Origin: a virus
Lineage: Duplodnaviria > Heunggongvirae > Uroviricota > Caudoviricetes
DNA: 50,364 nucleotides
Direction: 5' to 3' (one strand)
Virus record (IMG/VR): IMGVR_UViG_2563366831_000011
Location: 1 to 50,364 of that record
This document shows, piece by piece, positions 15,300-25,553 of this stretch. Under the pieces are notes generated by a model. That model saw only the letters and a list, made by a program, of their open reading frames with translations. It was not told the origin of the DNA and searched no databases. A program made the translations under genes and the position numbers. Positions within the stretch are counted from its first letter, which is position 1. Every line of letters starts with the position of its first letter.

Positions 15300-17204
15300 T
15301 TATTGTCCTGAGTAGCCAGCCAAAAGCATGACACGGTTGTCGCCGTGCTTTTTGATGTCGCTGGTAAGCTGTTCCACGTTCTGGGCCTGGGTGGTGATTT
15401 TGGTGCCATAAAAGTTATAAACACCGCCAGCCTGACCCGGCATCGCGCGGTCTACGGCCATCCCGGCCCCGGGGCGCATTCCGGCCATGACTTTAGGGAC
15501 GTAATTTCGAGTTTCCGACGGCAGGTTATCCATGCCTTTCTTCTGGACGTTTCCGAGCCCCCAGTTATAGGAAGCAAGAGTTTTTTCCAGATCTCCGCCA
15601 GTGGCATCCATTAACCATCTTAGATATTTCGCTGCTGCCTCTGCAGACTTGTGGGGATCGTAAACATCACGACCTTTGAGCCCCATATCCTTTGCCGTGC
15701 CAGGCATGAACTGGAACAGGCCTTTGGCTCCGGCCTTCGACTCCGCAAACGGATCACCACCTGATTCAGTAGCAGCTACCGAAGACAGCAGCCCGGCAGG
15801 TAGGTCATATTTACCCTCCAGCGCACCGAACTCACCCGCCATTGCCTGCAAGAATGATTTTCCTTTAATACCCAATTTTGCTGCTTTGGCATTTAATGGG
15901 ATGTTAGGCTGGTATTGGCCTACATCCAATTTCATTGCCGTAGACAAATCCATTTGGGTATCCATCATTGCCTGCTGGTAGGCATTAGGAACAGTCCTCT
16001 GTGAGCCATTAGGAACAGCGCCGGAGTCAATTTGCCGCTGCCTTTCCTCTGCGTCTTTCTTGTTAAGGAAAAACTCTCCATTAGAGGTCCAGAAAATACC
16101 GTGATTTTGCATCCACTCCTTATTTTCCTTGCTCACTATCTTCGACAGGAGCCCGTCAATTATTGGATAGAGCGCAGTTATGGCAAAAATGAGACCACCC
16201 GGACCACTTAGCGCAAACGCAATCCCTCTAAACCATGATGCAACCTTTAAAGCAAGCAACGCGACAATAACATTCTTCCACCCTCCCACTGCGTCGGCTG
16301 CATCATTGGCTGCAGCCGCCACGTCTTTGATGGCGCCGAAAAACGCATCAATACCGGCTTTCATCTCTTTAGGGTGAGATTTCATCCAGTCAGATAAGTC
16401 ACGAAGTACGCCATTGAACTCGCGCACATACGGGATCAGGAAGGTATAAAACTGGTTTTTTGTGGTATCAAGGTTCTGGTTTAATTCAGCCCATGCGGCT
16501 GTAAATTCCTTTGCGCCTTTGGTTGAGGCGTCTGTAATGCCGGAGCTTTTAGTCAGGCGATCAACGTCAGGCAGGAATTGCCCTTCCTGGTTGCGCTGGT
16601 TGATAGCATCATCAATACCTACCAACTGAAGAATCTGACGGCGGATATCTGGATCGGTAACCTTCCTTGCCGAATCCAGTATTTTCCTGAACGTGGTTTG
16701 TGCTGAGTCGTCCCTGATATTGAAAGAATCATGGGTCAGTGAATTAAGCCGGATTGCAGCTTCCTGCACTGGCGTATCGTACACCCCGACCTTAGCCAGT
16801 TGCTTTGCGTTCTGAAACCCCTGCAATGCTGCACTTATTTTCTCGACAGAACTACCGGCCGCCTCTGCCGCCTTGCCCACGCCGTCAAGCTCTTTGGCTG
16901 TCATCCCCAAAGATTTAGCCTGAATGGACAACTCCATTAGCCCTGAGGTAGTGCTTTTCACAAAGCTCATCAGGCCGCCGGCAGTGACGGTAACGCCAGT
17001 CAGTGCCAGCAATTCCGTCTTTATGCTGCCGAAGAATGCTGCTGCCTTTTTCCCCTGCTCCGCCATTTCCTTGGCAGTTTTTTTGGCATCTTCGCGCTGC
17101 TTTTTCAGGTCATCACTGACTTCCTGCTGGCCTTTGCGGAACTGAGAAGTATCAAGGCCCAGCGTAACCAGGAGGGCGTCAATTACCGTTGCTGCCATGA
17201 TCAC
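15300..17204 (-). CDS. Tape measure protein with C-terminal lytic transglycosylase (SLT) domain
   Basis: 634 aa. It has a helical N-part with hydrophobic segments. The C-terminus contains AATESGGDPFAESKAGAKGLFQFMPGTA, an SLT catalytic-Glu motif. It begins at a GTG start. Confidence 0.8.
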   Translation of the reverse strand: MIMAATVIDALLVTLGLDTSQFRKGQQEVSDDLKKQREDAKKTAKEMAEQGKKAAAFFGSIKTELLALTGVTVTAGGLMSFVKSTTSGLMELSIQAKSLGMTAKELDGVGKAAEAAGSSVEKISAALQGFQNAKQLAKVGVYDTPVQEAAIRLNSLTHDSFNIRDDSAQTTFRKILDSARKVTDPDIRRQILQLVGIDDAINQRNQEGQFLPDVDRLTKSSGITDASTKGAKEFTAAWAELNQNLDTTKNQFYTFLIPYVREFNGVLRDLSDWMKSHPKEMKAGIDAFFGAIKDVAAAANDAADAVGGWKNVIVALLALKVASWFRGIAFALSGPGGLIFAITALYPIIDGLLSKIVSKENKEWMQNHGIFWTSNGEFFLNKKDAEERQRQIDSGAVPNGSQRTVPNAYQQAMMDTQMDLSTAMKLDVGQYQPNIPLNAKAAKLGIKGKSFLQAMAGEFGALEGKYDLPAGLLSSVAATESGGDPFAESKAGAKGLFQFMPGTAKDMGLKGRDVYDPHKSAEAAAKYLRWLMDATGGDLEKTLASYNWGLGNVQKKGMDNLPSETRNYVPKVMAGMRPGAGMAVDRAMPGQAGGVYNFYGTKITTQAQNVEQLTSDIKKHGDNRVMLLAGYSGQ

Positions 17205-17402
17205 TCTCCGCTGCTATGGCTCTGTTGGTGTTATCCACGGTCATTATTTCTATCAGCCACCACATATCCTGAACGCTGTATACCGTGTCCAGTTCGTGGA
17301 GTGTCGCCATTTTCCCGGAGATCACCGCGGCGATGGTGCGCGGTACATTCGCATACTGTATGAAGCCGCGATCTGAATCTTCCGGGACGGATAGGGGAAT
17401 TT

Positions 17403-17879
17403 CTAACTTGCGGTGGCTGCTACAAAAGCGATATGGAGTTTGAAGGCTTCGATTTTCAGGCGCGACCAGGTGCTGATTTCTTCGATCTGACCTTCGTCAA
17501 CAAGCGCTGTTTCGATACCATTACCGCCGAGGAATTTCACGCAGCCAAGCAACTCATCAAGCAGAGGCTTTGACTGTGCGAACGGAACTTTAGCCAGTGA
17601 AGTGATACCCCACTGAGCGAGTCCGGCCATACCGCTGGCCATCACGCTTTCGTACAGCTCGCGAGCTTCTGCGTTATCCTCGGCTGGGGCCGGCGCCACC
17701 GCAGCACCGATGGCCATCATCATATTGTCGGGAACGGTAACGCCGGCGCCAATCACGGCACACGCCAGGCGGATCGCCCACTCTTCGGCCTTTCTCGCCG
17801 GCATTTCGGTGATTTTGAACTGCTTACCCTTGTCACGGTTATCTGCTTCAACCGTGAATACGATGCTTTTACGAGCCAT
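17403..17879 (-). CDS. Tail assembly chaperone
   Basis: 158-aa acidic protein between the tube gene and the tape measure. A -1 frame stays open for roughly 70 further codons down to 17179 (see findings). Confidence 0.55.
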   Translation of the reverse strand: MARKSIVFTVEADNRDKGKQFKITEMPARKAEEWAIRLACAVIGAGVTVPDNMMMAIGAAVAPAPAEDNAEARELYESVMASGMAGLAQWGITSLAKVPFAQSKPLLDELLGCVKFLGGNGIETALVDEGQIEEISTWSRLKIEAFKLHIAFVAATAS

Positions 17880-17906
17880 TTTTGTTTCCTGAATGAGTTA
17901 TCTGGC

Positions 17907-17957
17907 AATAAATAAGCCCACCGTAGTGGGCCATTCAAAAACCACGAATTTGTGGTT
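17907..17957 (-). terminator. Two tandem rho-independent terminators after rha copy A
   Basis: Minus strand reads AACCAC-AAATTC-GTGGTT-TTTG, then GCCCAC-TACG-GTGGGC-TTATTTATT. Confidence 0.65.
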
Positions 17958-17958
17958 T

Positions 17959-18516
17959 TCATGATTCGGTAAGCGCACCAGGAAAACCGGGCAATGCCAA
18001 CTGACCTTGCTTGTCCAGTTGCTCAATGCGTGAAAGTAGCTGTGGCTTCTTCTCTTTCCCCCACCGGCGCAACAGACGACCAGACATACTGGCAACATCC
18101 TTCTCTTTAAGGAACTCCAGCATGACGGCGTTACGCTCTTCTTCAAACTGGCGCCGCCCAACCTGAAGCATCGCGTACATCCAGTTGAAGGCGTTGATGT
18201 AGGCGATCTTGATACGCATCGCCTCTTTTTTGGTGTAGGACATAACCAGAAGCATCAATCCATCTTTGCGGAGGCGATAGAACTTCTGCGGCTTTCCGTT
18301 CTGCAACTCATTGTTTTTATAGCAAACCTCAAAATTGAGTTTTGTATCGAACTCTTCCGGGCATGCCTTAATAGTCTTTTCGATATCACGAATGACGTTG
18401 TCAGGACGTTTCCCAAATGCCTTCGCCACCATAAACGAGTCAGTTACCGGGTCGTTGTCAGCAACAAAAATGAGGTCACGGAAATCAAGTCCGTTAATAA
18501 CTGTTGGGTATGACAT
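17959..18516 (-). CDS. rha: Rha-family phage regulatory protein (copy A), inserted in the tail operon
   Basis: 185 aa. VTDSFMVAKAFGKRPDNVIRDIEK...KFYRLRKDGLMLLVMSYTKKEAMRIKIAYINAFNWM is the pRha-domain pattern. It is a paralogue of 31312-31836. Confidence 0.75.
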   Translation of the reverse strand: MSYPTVINGLDFRDLIFVADNDPVTDSFMVAKAFGKRPDNVIRDIEKTIKACPEEFDTKLNFEVCYKNNELQNGKPQKFYRLRKDGLMLLVMSYTKKEAMRIKIAYINAFNWMYAMLQVGRRQFEEERNAVMLEFLKEKDVASMSGRLLRRWGKEKKPQLLSRIEQLDKQGQLALPGFPGALTES

Positions 18517-18665
18517 TGCGGTATTTCCTTTAGAAAGATGAGCCTGTTCGCACAGAAATGCCGCCCCGAGAAGGTCCGCACCTATACGGCATTTCTCAGG
18601 CTCAGCTTTCTGAAAGACTCGGGAGTTAAATGCGCTGCGACGCGCAGGAGGTTTATTTCTGGTAT
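18517..18665 (-). promoter_or_regulatory. Conserved structured 5' leader of rha (copy A); candidate cis-regulatory or c4/IsrK-like RNA
   Basis: Aligns along its length by eye with 31837-31978. It contains the long hairpin GAGCCUG-AGAAAUGCCG...CGGCAUUUCU-...-CAGGCUC, ending next to the rha SD. Confidence 0.45.
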
Positions 18666-18690
18666 AAAAAAGCCCGGACTTGGCCGGGCT
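18666..18690 (-). terminator. Rho-independent terminator after the tail tube gene
   Basis: Minus strand reads AGCCCGG-CCAAGT-CCGGGCT-TTTTT. Confidence 0.75.
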
Positions 18691-18696
18691 GATTGT

Positions 18697-19140
18697 TTAC
18701 GCTGAGTAGTCTGCCGGGGTGACAGTTTCCCACTGGATAAGTCCAGTTACCGGCTGAAGAACACGGCCGGCAGACGGCATGCGGCGTGCGCGCTGCAGGA
18801 TACCGTTAGTCATGATGTACTTTTTACCCAGCGACGGCAGGATCACAGTCCCATTGACACGCAGCACAGACCGCGTGGTCATCTGCGTGGTTTGCCAGTT
18901 GTCGATGTACTTAATCGACGGGGATGATGCCGCCAGATGGAAAGTCCACGGCAGATCACCATAAACAAAACCACCCAGCAGTTTACCGTCAGCAGTACGC
19001 TGGTACTCTGCCATGTCGGTATCACCCATTTCGAAGATGTTTTGTGCTTCGAACTGTTCCAGGTTAAACCCTGACGGGTAGAGCTCAGCGATTACCAGCT
19101 CAATGATGGCGTCAGCCGCCGTAATATTTTGACCGGCCAT
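18697..19140 (-). CDS. Tail tube protein
   Basis: 147-aa ORF directly after the sheath gene (ATGA-type overlap). The call rests on order and size. Confidence 0.6.
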   Translation of the reverse strand: MAGQNITAADAIIELVIAELYPSGFNLEQFEAQNIFEMGDTDMAEYQRTADGKLLGGFVYGDLPWTFHLAASSPSIKYIDNWQTTQMTTRSVLRVNGTVILPSLGKKYIMTNGILQRARRMPSAGRVLQPVTGLIQWETVTPADYSA

Positions 19141-20621
19141 TACTGCACCTCCGTGCTGTTAACGGTGATACCCTGGATGATCCCGCCGTCGGTGTACCAG
19201 AAGTAAACCGTTGGCTTGGTACGCGCGGCGCGCATTGCCGGGGTGAACGGGCCGATGTAGACGTAATACCCTTCAGCCATAAGCGAATCCGTAACATCGA
19301 CGCCAGCGATGGCGTTAATCTGGTCGATCTGCGACTGGTCAAGATCGGTGCCCGCCGTCATGCCACCCCACGCCCTGAATTGCTCAATGGTCGGCTTCAT
19401 GCACGACTCAATGCGAGCTTTTCCGGCTGCTGCGTAGGGCAGATTGCTCGCCTGCTGGAACAGCGCAACGAGAGCCGCCTGCAACTGAGCATTTACCCAT
19501 ACCTGACCAGCCCATGCGTCAAGCCAGGCATAATCACCGGTAATAGAGCCGGGTGCCCACTGGTTGGTTTCGACGGCATTCGAGGCATAGTTGCCGTAGA
19601 AGTTATAACCGTTGGCCTTGGCCGCCTCGTAATCAGTATCGTTACTGATCATCGGCAACAGGCCGGACACCTGACGACCATTCAGCGAACAGCGCCCATT
19701 GGCCTGCGTGAAGTTCAGCGCGGCCACAAACCCCATCGCATTTGCTGCGTGGTTCGGGTAACCATACACCGGGCAGGTATCGTTATAGGCGTAGGTGTTG
19801 ATGATGTCGTACACCAGTGCATTCGAGCTGCCCGCCACGATTGCCGTTCCTGATGCGTCCCATGGGACATAGGCAAAGCGGTGGTTCTGGCTGTTTGTCC
19901 AGAGCGCAAACGCATTAGCCTGGTCTTTGGTGACAGCGAACGTCGTGGAGAATGTTACCCAGTCCTGCTCTTTGGCCAGAATGGCAGTAAAGATATCGTC
20001 AACCACTGCCGGCGCCGCACCCTGAGAGATCACCGCGCCGGTCGCTTCGGTCAGTTTCAGACCCGTAGCAAGCGTACCTTCATCGGCAAAGGTAATGGTG
20101 CTATCCACGCCCGTGGTGGCAGAGGTGATGATGAATTTCTTCAGCACGCTATCCCAGGTCACTACAACCGAGGAGCCAATGCCGGTTTCAATCAGCTCTG
20201 CCGCGTTATCAAAACTGGTGGCGCCGCTGAGGTTGATAGCCGCAGAAGTCTCCTCCGTGCCGTCAACTGTCAGAGTCAACGTACCAGAAAGCAACTTGAG
20301 CTGTGCCAGCGTGGTCGCTGCGTGCGATCCGGAACGAAGGAATGCCGCCACTGCTGCGGTATTGAATCGGCTAAAATACAGCTTGCCAGGCATCTGTGTT
20401 TTACCGGTGAATGCGGCGAAATACAGCACCGCGGCGGTGTACTCAATCGACGCGCTGCCGAAGTACGCCTTTACCTCATCCGCACTGGAAAATGAGGGTA
20501 CTGCACCAACCGGCGCATATGCGCTGTCGGTCAGGAACAGGCCATTGAGATCAATAGCTGTCCCTGTCGCCTTCAGTACGCCGGGAAGCATCTGGGCGAT
20601 TTTTGATAGCGAAATTGCCAT
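19140..20621 (-). CDS. Contractile tail sheath protein (DUF3383-like by recollection)
   Basis: 493 aa, positioned between the neck proteins and the tube gene. Confidence 0.65.
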   Translation of the reverse strand: MAISLSKIAQMLPGVLKATGTAIDLNGLFLTDSAYAPVGAVPSFSSADEVKAYFGSASIEYTAAVLYFAAFTGKTQMPGKLYFSRFNTAAVAAFLRSGSHAATTLAQLKLLSGTLTLTVDGTEETSAAINLSGATSFDNAAELIETGIGSSVVVTWDSVLKKFIITSATTGVDSTITFADEGTLATGLKLTEATGAVISQGAAPAVVDDIFTAILAKEQDWVTFSTTFAVTKDQANAFALWTNSQNHRFAYVPWDASGTAIVAGSSNALVYDIINTYAYNDTCPVYGYPNHAANAMGFVAALNFTQANGRCSLNGRQVSGLLPMISNDTDYEAAKANGYNFYGNYASNAVETNQWAPGSITGDYAWLDAWAGQVWVNAQLQAALVALFQQASNLPYAAAGKARIESCMKPTIEQFRAWGGMTAGTDLDQSQIDQINAIAGVDVTDSLMAEGYYVYIGPFTPAMRAARTKPTVYFWYTDGGIIQGITVNSTEVQ

Positions 20622-20624
20622 TTA

Positions 20625-21176
20625 TTATTTCTCCGGAGGAAATCTCACGTCGACTGGCTGCGATATCACATCTGCGCCTGTCATAAACTGCTGAGGAACG
20701 CTGACGACAATCAGCGGGTTTGCGTGGAATTCAAGCGTCCAGCGGGATTCCCACTGCTTCTCGCCGTTGATCATCGATGTTTGCCGCGGGGGGCCGGAAT
20801 AAAGCGGTACCAGGACATTCGCGTTTTCCCTGAACCAGGTACATGCGAATTCTGAGCGGGCGATGCGCGAAAAGATGGTGGCATTGTTTTGCGCCTGATC
20901 TCCGTAGAAATCGAGCTGACATTGCCATTCATCAACGCGGCGAAGTTCTGCCCGCCCGTAATCGCTAACGCCGTCATACTCGTAATTGACAGCACTGGTT
21001 GAGAGGTCCGTCAGAAAAAGCGGCGTCATAGTAATGAAACCGCCTTTCGGCATGGGGGTCTGATTTTGCTGAGTCTGCGTGATCTCTGAATCCGGGAAGA
21101 GGACAGAAAGGAAATCGCCAGTCGCCTTAAACAGATCGCTTTCAGTGACCTGCAGGCCTACGTCAATTGTTGACAT
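20625..21176 (-). CDS. Neck/tail-terminator-like protein
   Basis: 183-aa ORF preceding the sheath gene. Confidence 0.45.
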   Translation of the reverse strand: MSTIDVGLQVTESDLFKATGDFLSVLFPDSEITQTQQNQTPMPKGGFITMTPLFLTDLSTSAVNYEYDGVSDYGRAELRRVDEWQCQLDFYGDQAQNNATIFSRIARSEFACTWFRENANVLVPLYSGPPRQTSMINGEKQWESRWTLEFHANPLIVVSVPQQFMTGADVISQPVDVRFPPEK

Positions 21177-21526
21177 GCGATAACCCTCGTCCAGTCCGGC
21201 CAGATTTCAGGCACATCCACGACCAGCCACGTTTCATTGCCGATAACGAACTTATCGCCGCCCTGCTGCCGATCCCTGTTAACCCCGCACCAGTTGCCAT
21301 CCGTCCAGATACTGACCAGCACACCCTGGATATTCATGTTATCCATGTGCCTGATATCAGCCTGACTCAGCGCCTGCTTTTGCACCATCATCGTTACCGG
21401 CGGCGCGAAGCCCGGAGAAGTCGAGTAATCCGGGTTTTTGATTGGTCCGATCGAGCGGTAAATCTGCGCCTCGACGCGAGGATTAACCGCGCTAATGGCG
21501 CTTCGCACTATGGAATGAAGATTCAC
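21158..21526 (-). CDS. Head-tail joining protein
   Basis: 122-aa ORF with overlapping starts and stops in the connector block. Confidence 0.45.
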   Translation of the reverse strand: MNLHSIVRSAISAVNPRVEAQIYRSIGPIKNPDYSTSPGFAPPVTMMVQKQALSQADIRHMDNMNIQGVLVSIWTDGNWCGVNRDRQQGGDKFVIGNETWLVVDVPEIWPDWTRVIACQQLT

Positions 21527-22086
21527 TCTTTCACCTCGTAGTCGACCGAGTTCAGCATGTGGGCCGAGTCGATTAACGGGTCATTAAACCCTTTTTTGTC
21601 GACCGTGCTTTTTGCGTTCGGCGGCTCAGAAAAGGCGATGATTGACGACTGAATCTGCCCCTTGATCCGCTCCCCCATCAGCGCCAGGCTTTTGCGGGCG
21701 TCAAAATCGTTTGCCTTCATGAGTTTCCCGAGCTCTCCGACCCACTCCGGACCATGTTCAGAAATGGTCTTCCTGAAGTACGGCCGGGATGGGATCGTAA
21801 CGATATGCTCGGGTATCATTACTGACTGCGCGAAATTGGCCTTTGATGGCTTTGCGAAGCGCGAAACACCGTCACGGCGAACGTAAAAGTTCAAATCCCG
21901 GGTATGCGCCGGGATTTTTACAGTGCCGCCAAATTCGTTAGTGGCTGCCACAAGTGCTACCGGCGTCCCGTCCGGGTACTTATCCCCCTCAAGGAAGCCC
22001 ACCTTCAAATCATCGCCAGAGGACAGCCCCTTTGCGATCGACTGCAGGTGCTCCATCAGCTTATCGCCGCCTGACATTCCATCCAT
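21523..22086 (-). CDS. HK97 gp10-family head-tail completion protein
   Basis: 187 aa. The C-terminal NDPLIDSAHMLNSVDYEV resembles the gp10-family motif (PL.DTG.L..S). Confidence 0.55.
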   Translation of the reverse strand: MDGMSGGDKLMEHLQSIAKGLSSGDDLKVGFLEGDKYPDGTPVALVAATNEFGGTVKIPAHTRDLNFYVRRDGVSRFAKPSKANFAQSVMIPEHIVTIPSRPYFRKTISEHGPEWVGELGKLMKANDFDARKSLALMGERIKGQIQSSIIAFSEPPNAKSTVDKKGFNDPLIDSAHMLNSVDYEVKE

Positions 22087-22088
22087 AG

Positions 22089-22532
22089 CTACCTCCAGAT
22101 GAATGAACGACGGTTATAATGGCCCGGGTACATTGAAGGGGATGAGCCAGGGACATAAAAACCTGTCCTGTAAGGCTTCGTGGCTTCCCAGTAAGCTGAC
22201 CCGTAAGTAGTCTGCTTATACCACCAGGAGCTTTCGCTTGAGGGCCCTGCGTCAGCTGATACTGACACTGACCCCTCAGATGCGCTTGCCACACGGCCAA
22301 CCAGACCAGAAGCCTTTTCGCCGTTTACGCCTGAATTCAGCGCCGCAATGTGCGCAACCAGCATGTTCAGGAAAAGAGCCCGGATAGAGATATCTTTTAC
22401 CGGGCTGCTGTCCGTGTTATTCAGGTAAATCGTTGCCTCCGTGAAGTACGCATTAAGTAGCGTATTACTTACGGCATCGAACTCCGGATAACGCTCACGA
22501 AATGCGGCAACATCAAAGACAACGATCGCCAT
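22089..22532 (-). CDS. Head-tail adaptor (DUF4054-like)
   Basis: 147 aa. The N-terminus [28 protein letters not shown] is typical of that family as I recall it. Confidence 0.55.
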   Translation of the reverse strand: MAIVVFDVAAFRERYPEFDAVSNTLLNAYFTEATIYLNNTDSSPVKDISIRALFLNMLVAHIAALNSGVNGEKASGLVGRVASASEGSVSVSADAGPSSESSWWYKQTTYGSAYWEATKPYRTGFYVPGSSPSMYPGHYNRRSFIWR

Positions 22533-22858
22533 TATTTTTTGTCCGCCTTCTCAACGCCCGGGGCCGGGTTGTTCTGATCCAGACCTTCCAGACCGGTTTT
22601 CTCCGAAGCGTTTTCATTCGCTTTCGCCTGGGCGCTGCTGGTTTTCGCTTGGGCAAACACCAGCTCTTTGCGAACATAGGGCTGATCAGCATGTACGGCC
22701 AGCCACGCCTCAAAGGCTTCCTTGTCCACGTTTTCGGTCAGGCCGTAGCCGCCGACAACGATAGAGGAGTTGGAGCCGTTAAGCTCCACTTTGTACTCGC
22801 CCTGCTCCAGGATCAGGCCGTTCGGCAGTTTGCATCCTACAGTTACTGTTTCGGCCAT
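22532..22858 (-). CDS. Small head-associated protein
   Basis: 108-aa ORF directly after the capsid gene. Confidence 0.45.
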   Translation of the reverse strand: MAETVTVGCKLPNGLILEQGEYKVELNGSNSSIVVGGYGLTENVDKEAFEAWLAVHADQPYVRKELVFAQAKTSSAQAKANENASEKTGLEGLDQNNPAPGVEKADKK

Positions 22859-22859
22859 G

Positions 22860-23897
22860 TTACACCCCGATCATGCTGGCGATGCCCAGCGGTTGACGAA
22901 TGATTGCACCCCAGGTGCCACCGGATTTTTTCTGCCGCCAGGAAGACTCTTCTACCACGACAGCGTGCGCGCGCATCTTCTCGGTGAATGCTGCGTAAGC
23001 GGTGTCCTGCTCACCCAGACGCTCAACAATCAGTTGCACCAGCTCGCCTGAGGCGGTGCTGTATTCAACAGCGGTTTCGATACGCATGTTCGGGAAGTTT
23101 TTCTTCAGCTGATCGGTGACGTTCACGTTGTACTGGTTCGTCTTGGTCAGGTTGACTTCCATTTCCGGCGACATGCCGAGCACCATGCGATCGGTACGCT
23201 CTACGAGGCCTTTGGTCTGAGATACCAGCTGCTTATAGAGGCGACCGGAAATGTCGTCATATACAGCCTGCCCGTCTTTCGTTGCCCAGGTAACGCCACC
23301 GCCGGAACCAGTCGCCGCCGGAGTAACCGAAGCGCTCAGAGACGGATCGTTGAGCAGACCGTAGTTTTCCAGCCCGGCGATGCCGTAGAAGTAGGACTTG
23401 TTCTGGAACTTGTTCAGCACAAGCGCAGAGGCCACGTTGAGTTCGGCGGCATAGCCGATACGCCCGGCGCCATACATGTCCAGCTCGCGCTCACCCCAGC
23501 GGGTGTGAGTCTGATAATGGAACGACTGGCGCGGTACCCAGTTGACGTTGGCAGACGTCATGCCGTTGTTGTTGAAGTCGCCGTAAGCGCTGGTTTCACC
23601 AGTCGACTCGACGATCGGGAACTGCGAGGTCAGCGTGGTCCAGTCGCCTTTTTTCACTTCACCGATAATCTCTGCGGCCTTCATCGGCGTTACGAGAACG
23701 CGGATAAGTTCCGGATCGACGTAGTTAGTGAAGTAGGCCGGGATGCCGGCGTTATTCGCAGTGACCATTTGCGGCTGGGCATCCATCGCCAGCGCGAAAT
23801 TCTCCGCAAACTCCGGCTTCAGGTAGTCCTTCGCGCCGGGCAGCACAATGCCATATTTCCCGCTGGCTGCGGCGTAGTGTCGCTGAAATTCGTTCAT
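22860..23897 (-). CDS. Major capsid protein
   Basis: 345 aa, positioned after the scaffold and a small head protein. Size and order fit an HK97-fold capsid protein. Confidence 0.7.
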   Translation of the reverse strand: MNEFQRHYAAASGKYGIVLPGAKDYLKPEFAENFALAMDAQPQMVTANNAGIPAYFTNYVDPELIRVLVTPMKAAEIIGEVKKGDWTTLTSQFPIVESTGETSAYGDFNNNGMTSANVNWVPRQSFHYQTHTRWGERELDMYGAGRIGYAAELNVASALVLNKFQNKSYFYGIAGLENYGLLNDPSLSASVTPAATGSGGGVTWATKDGQAVYDDISGRLYKQLVSQTKGLVERTDRMVLGMSPEMEVNLTKTNQYNVNVTDQLKKNFPNMRIETAVEYSTASGELVQLIVERLGEQDTAYAAFTEKMRAHAVVVEESSWRQKKSGGTWGAIIRQPLGIASMIGV

Positions 23898-24379
23898 TAC
23901 TTGCTCCAGGTGCTGATTTTGACCAGCTCGCCAGCGTCACAATCGCTTGCGGCATAGAATGCGGTCTCGATAAAACCGGCCACGGTCGCGCCGGCTGCGG
24001 CGACTTGCACCTCACCGGTGGTCAGGGATGCAAAAACCTTCTGCCCGCGGGTGGCAGCGGTTGACGTTTTGGCCCAGAAGTCACCGGCAACCATCAGGGT
24101 GATTTCGCGTCCGGGCTGGATAAGCATGGATGCCTGGCCCAGCCAGATGGTGATCGAGGCCTGACCGTCACGATGGACAAAGCCAGACGGAACACCGCTA
24201 CCGGCATTGGAAGCCACACCGTCAACGTCCCAGGCGAAGCGGCCGACAGTCAGGCCGTCCTCGCCAGCAACCAGAGCTCCCTCGCCGGCCTGATAGGTCG
24301 CGTGAGGGTTGGTGCCAGCAAAGGCCCCTTCGACGCCGGGGGCCGGATACTGGTTAATTCGTGTCTGAAAACCTGCCAT
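23897..24379 (-). CDS. Head structural/decoration-like protein
   Basis: 160-aa Gly/Ala-rich beta-type protein between the scaffold and capsid genes. Confidence 0.45.
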   Translation of the reverse strand: MAGFQTRINQYPAPGVEGAFAGTNPHATYQAGEGALVAGEDGLTVGRFAWDVDGVASNAGSGVPSGFVHRDGQASITIWLGQASMLIQPGREITLMVAGDFWAKTSTAATRGQKVFASLTTGEVQVAAAGATVAGFIETAFYAASDCDAGELVKISTWSK

Positions 24380-24380
24380 G

Positions 24381-25553
<1,173 letters not shown>

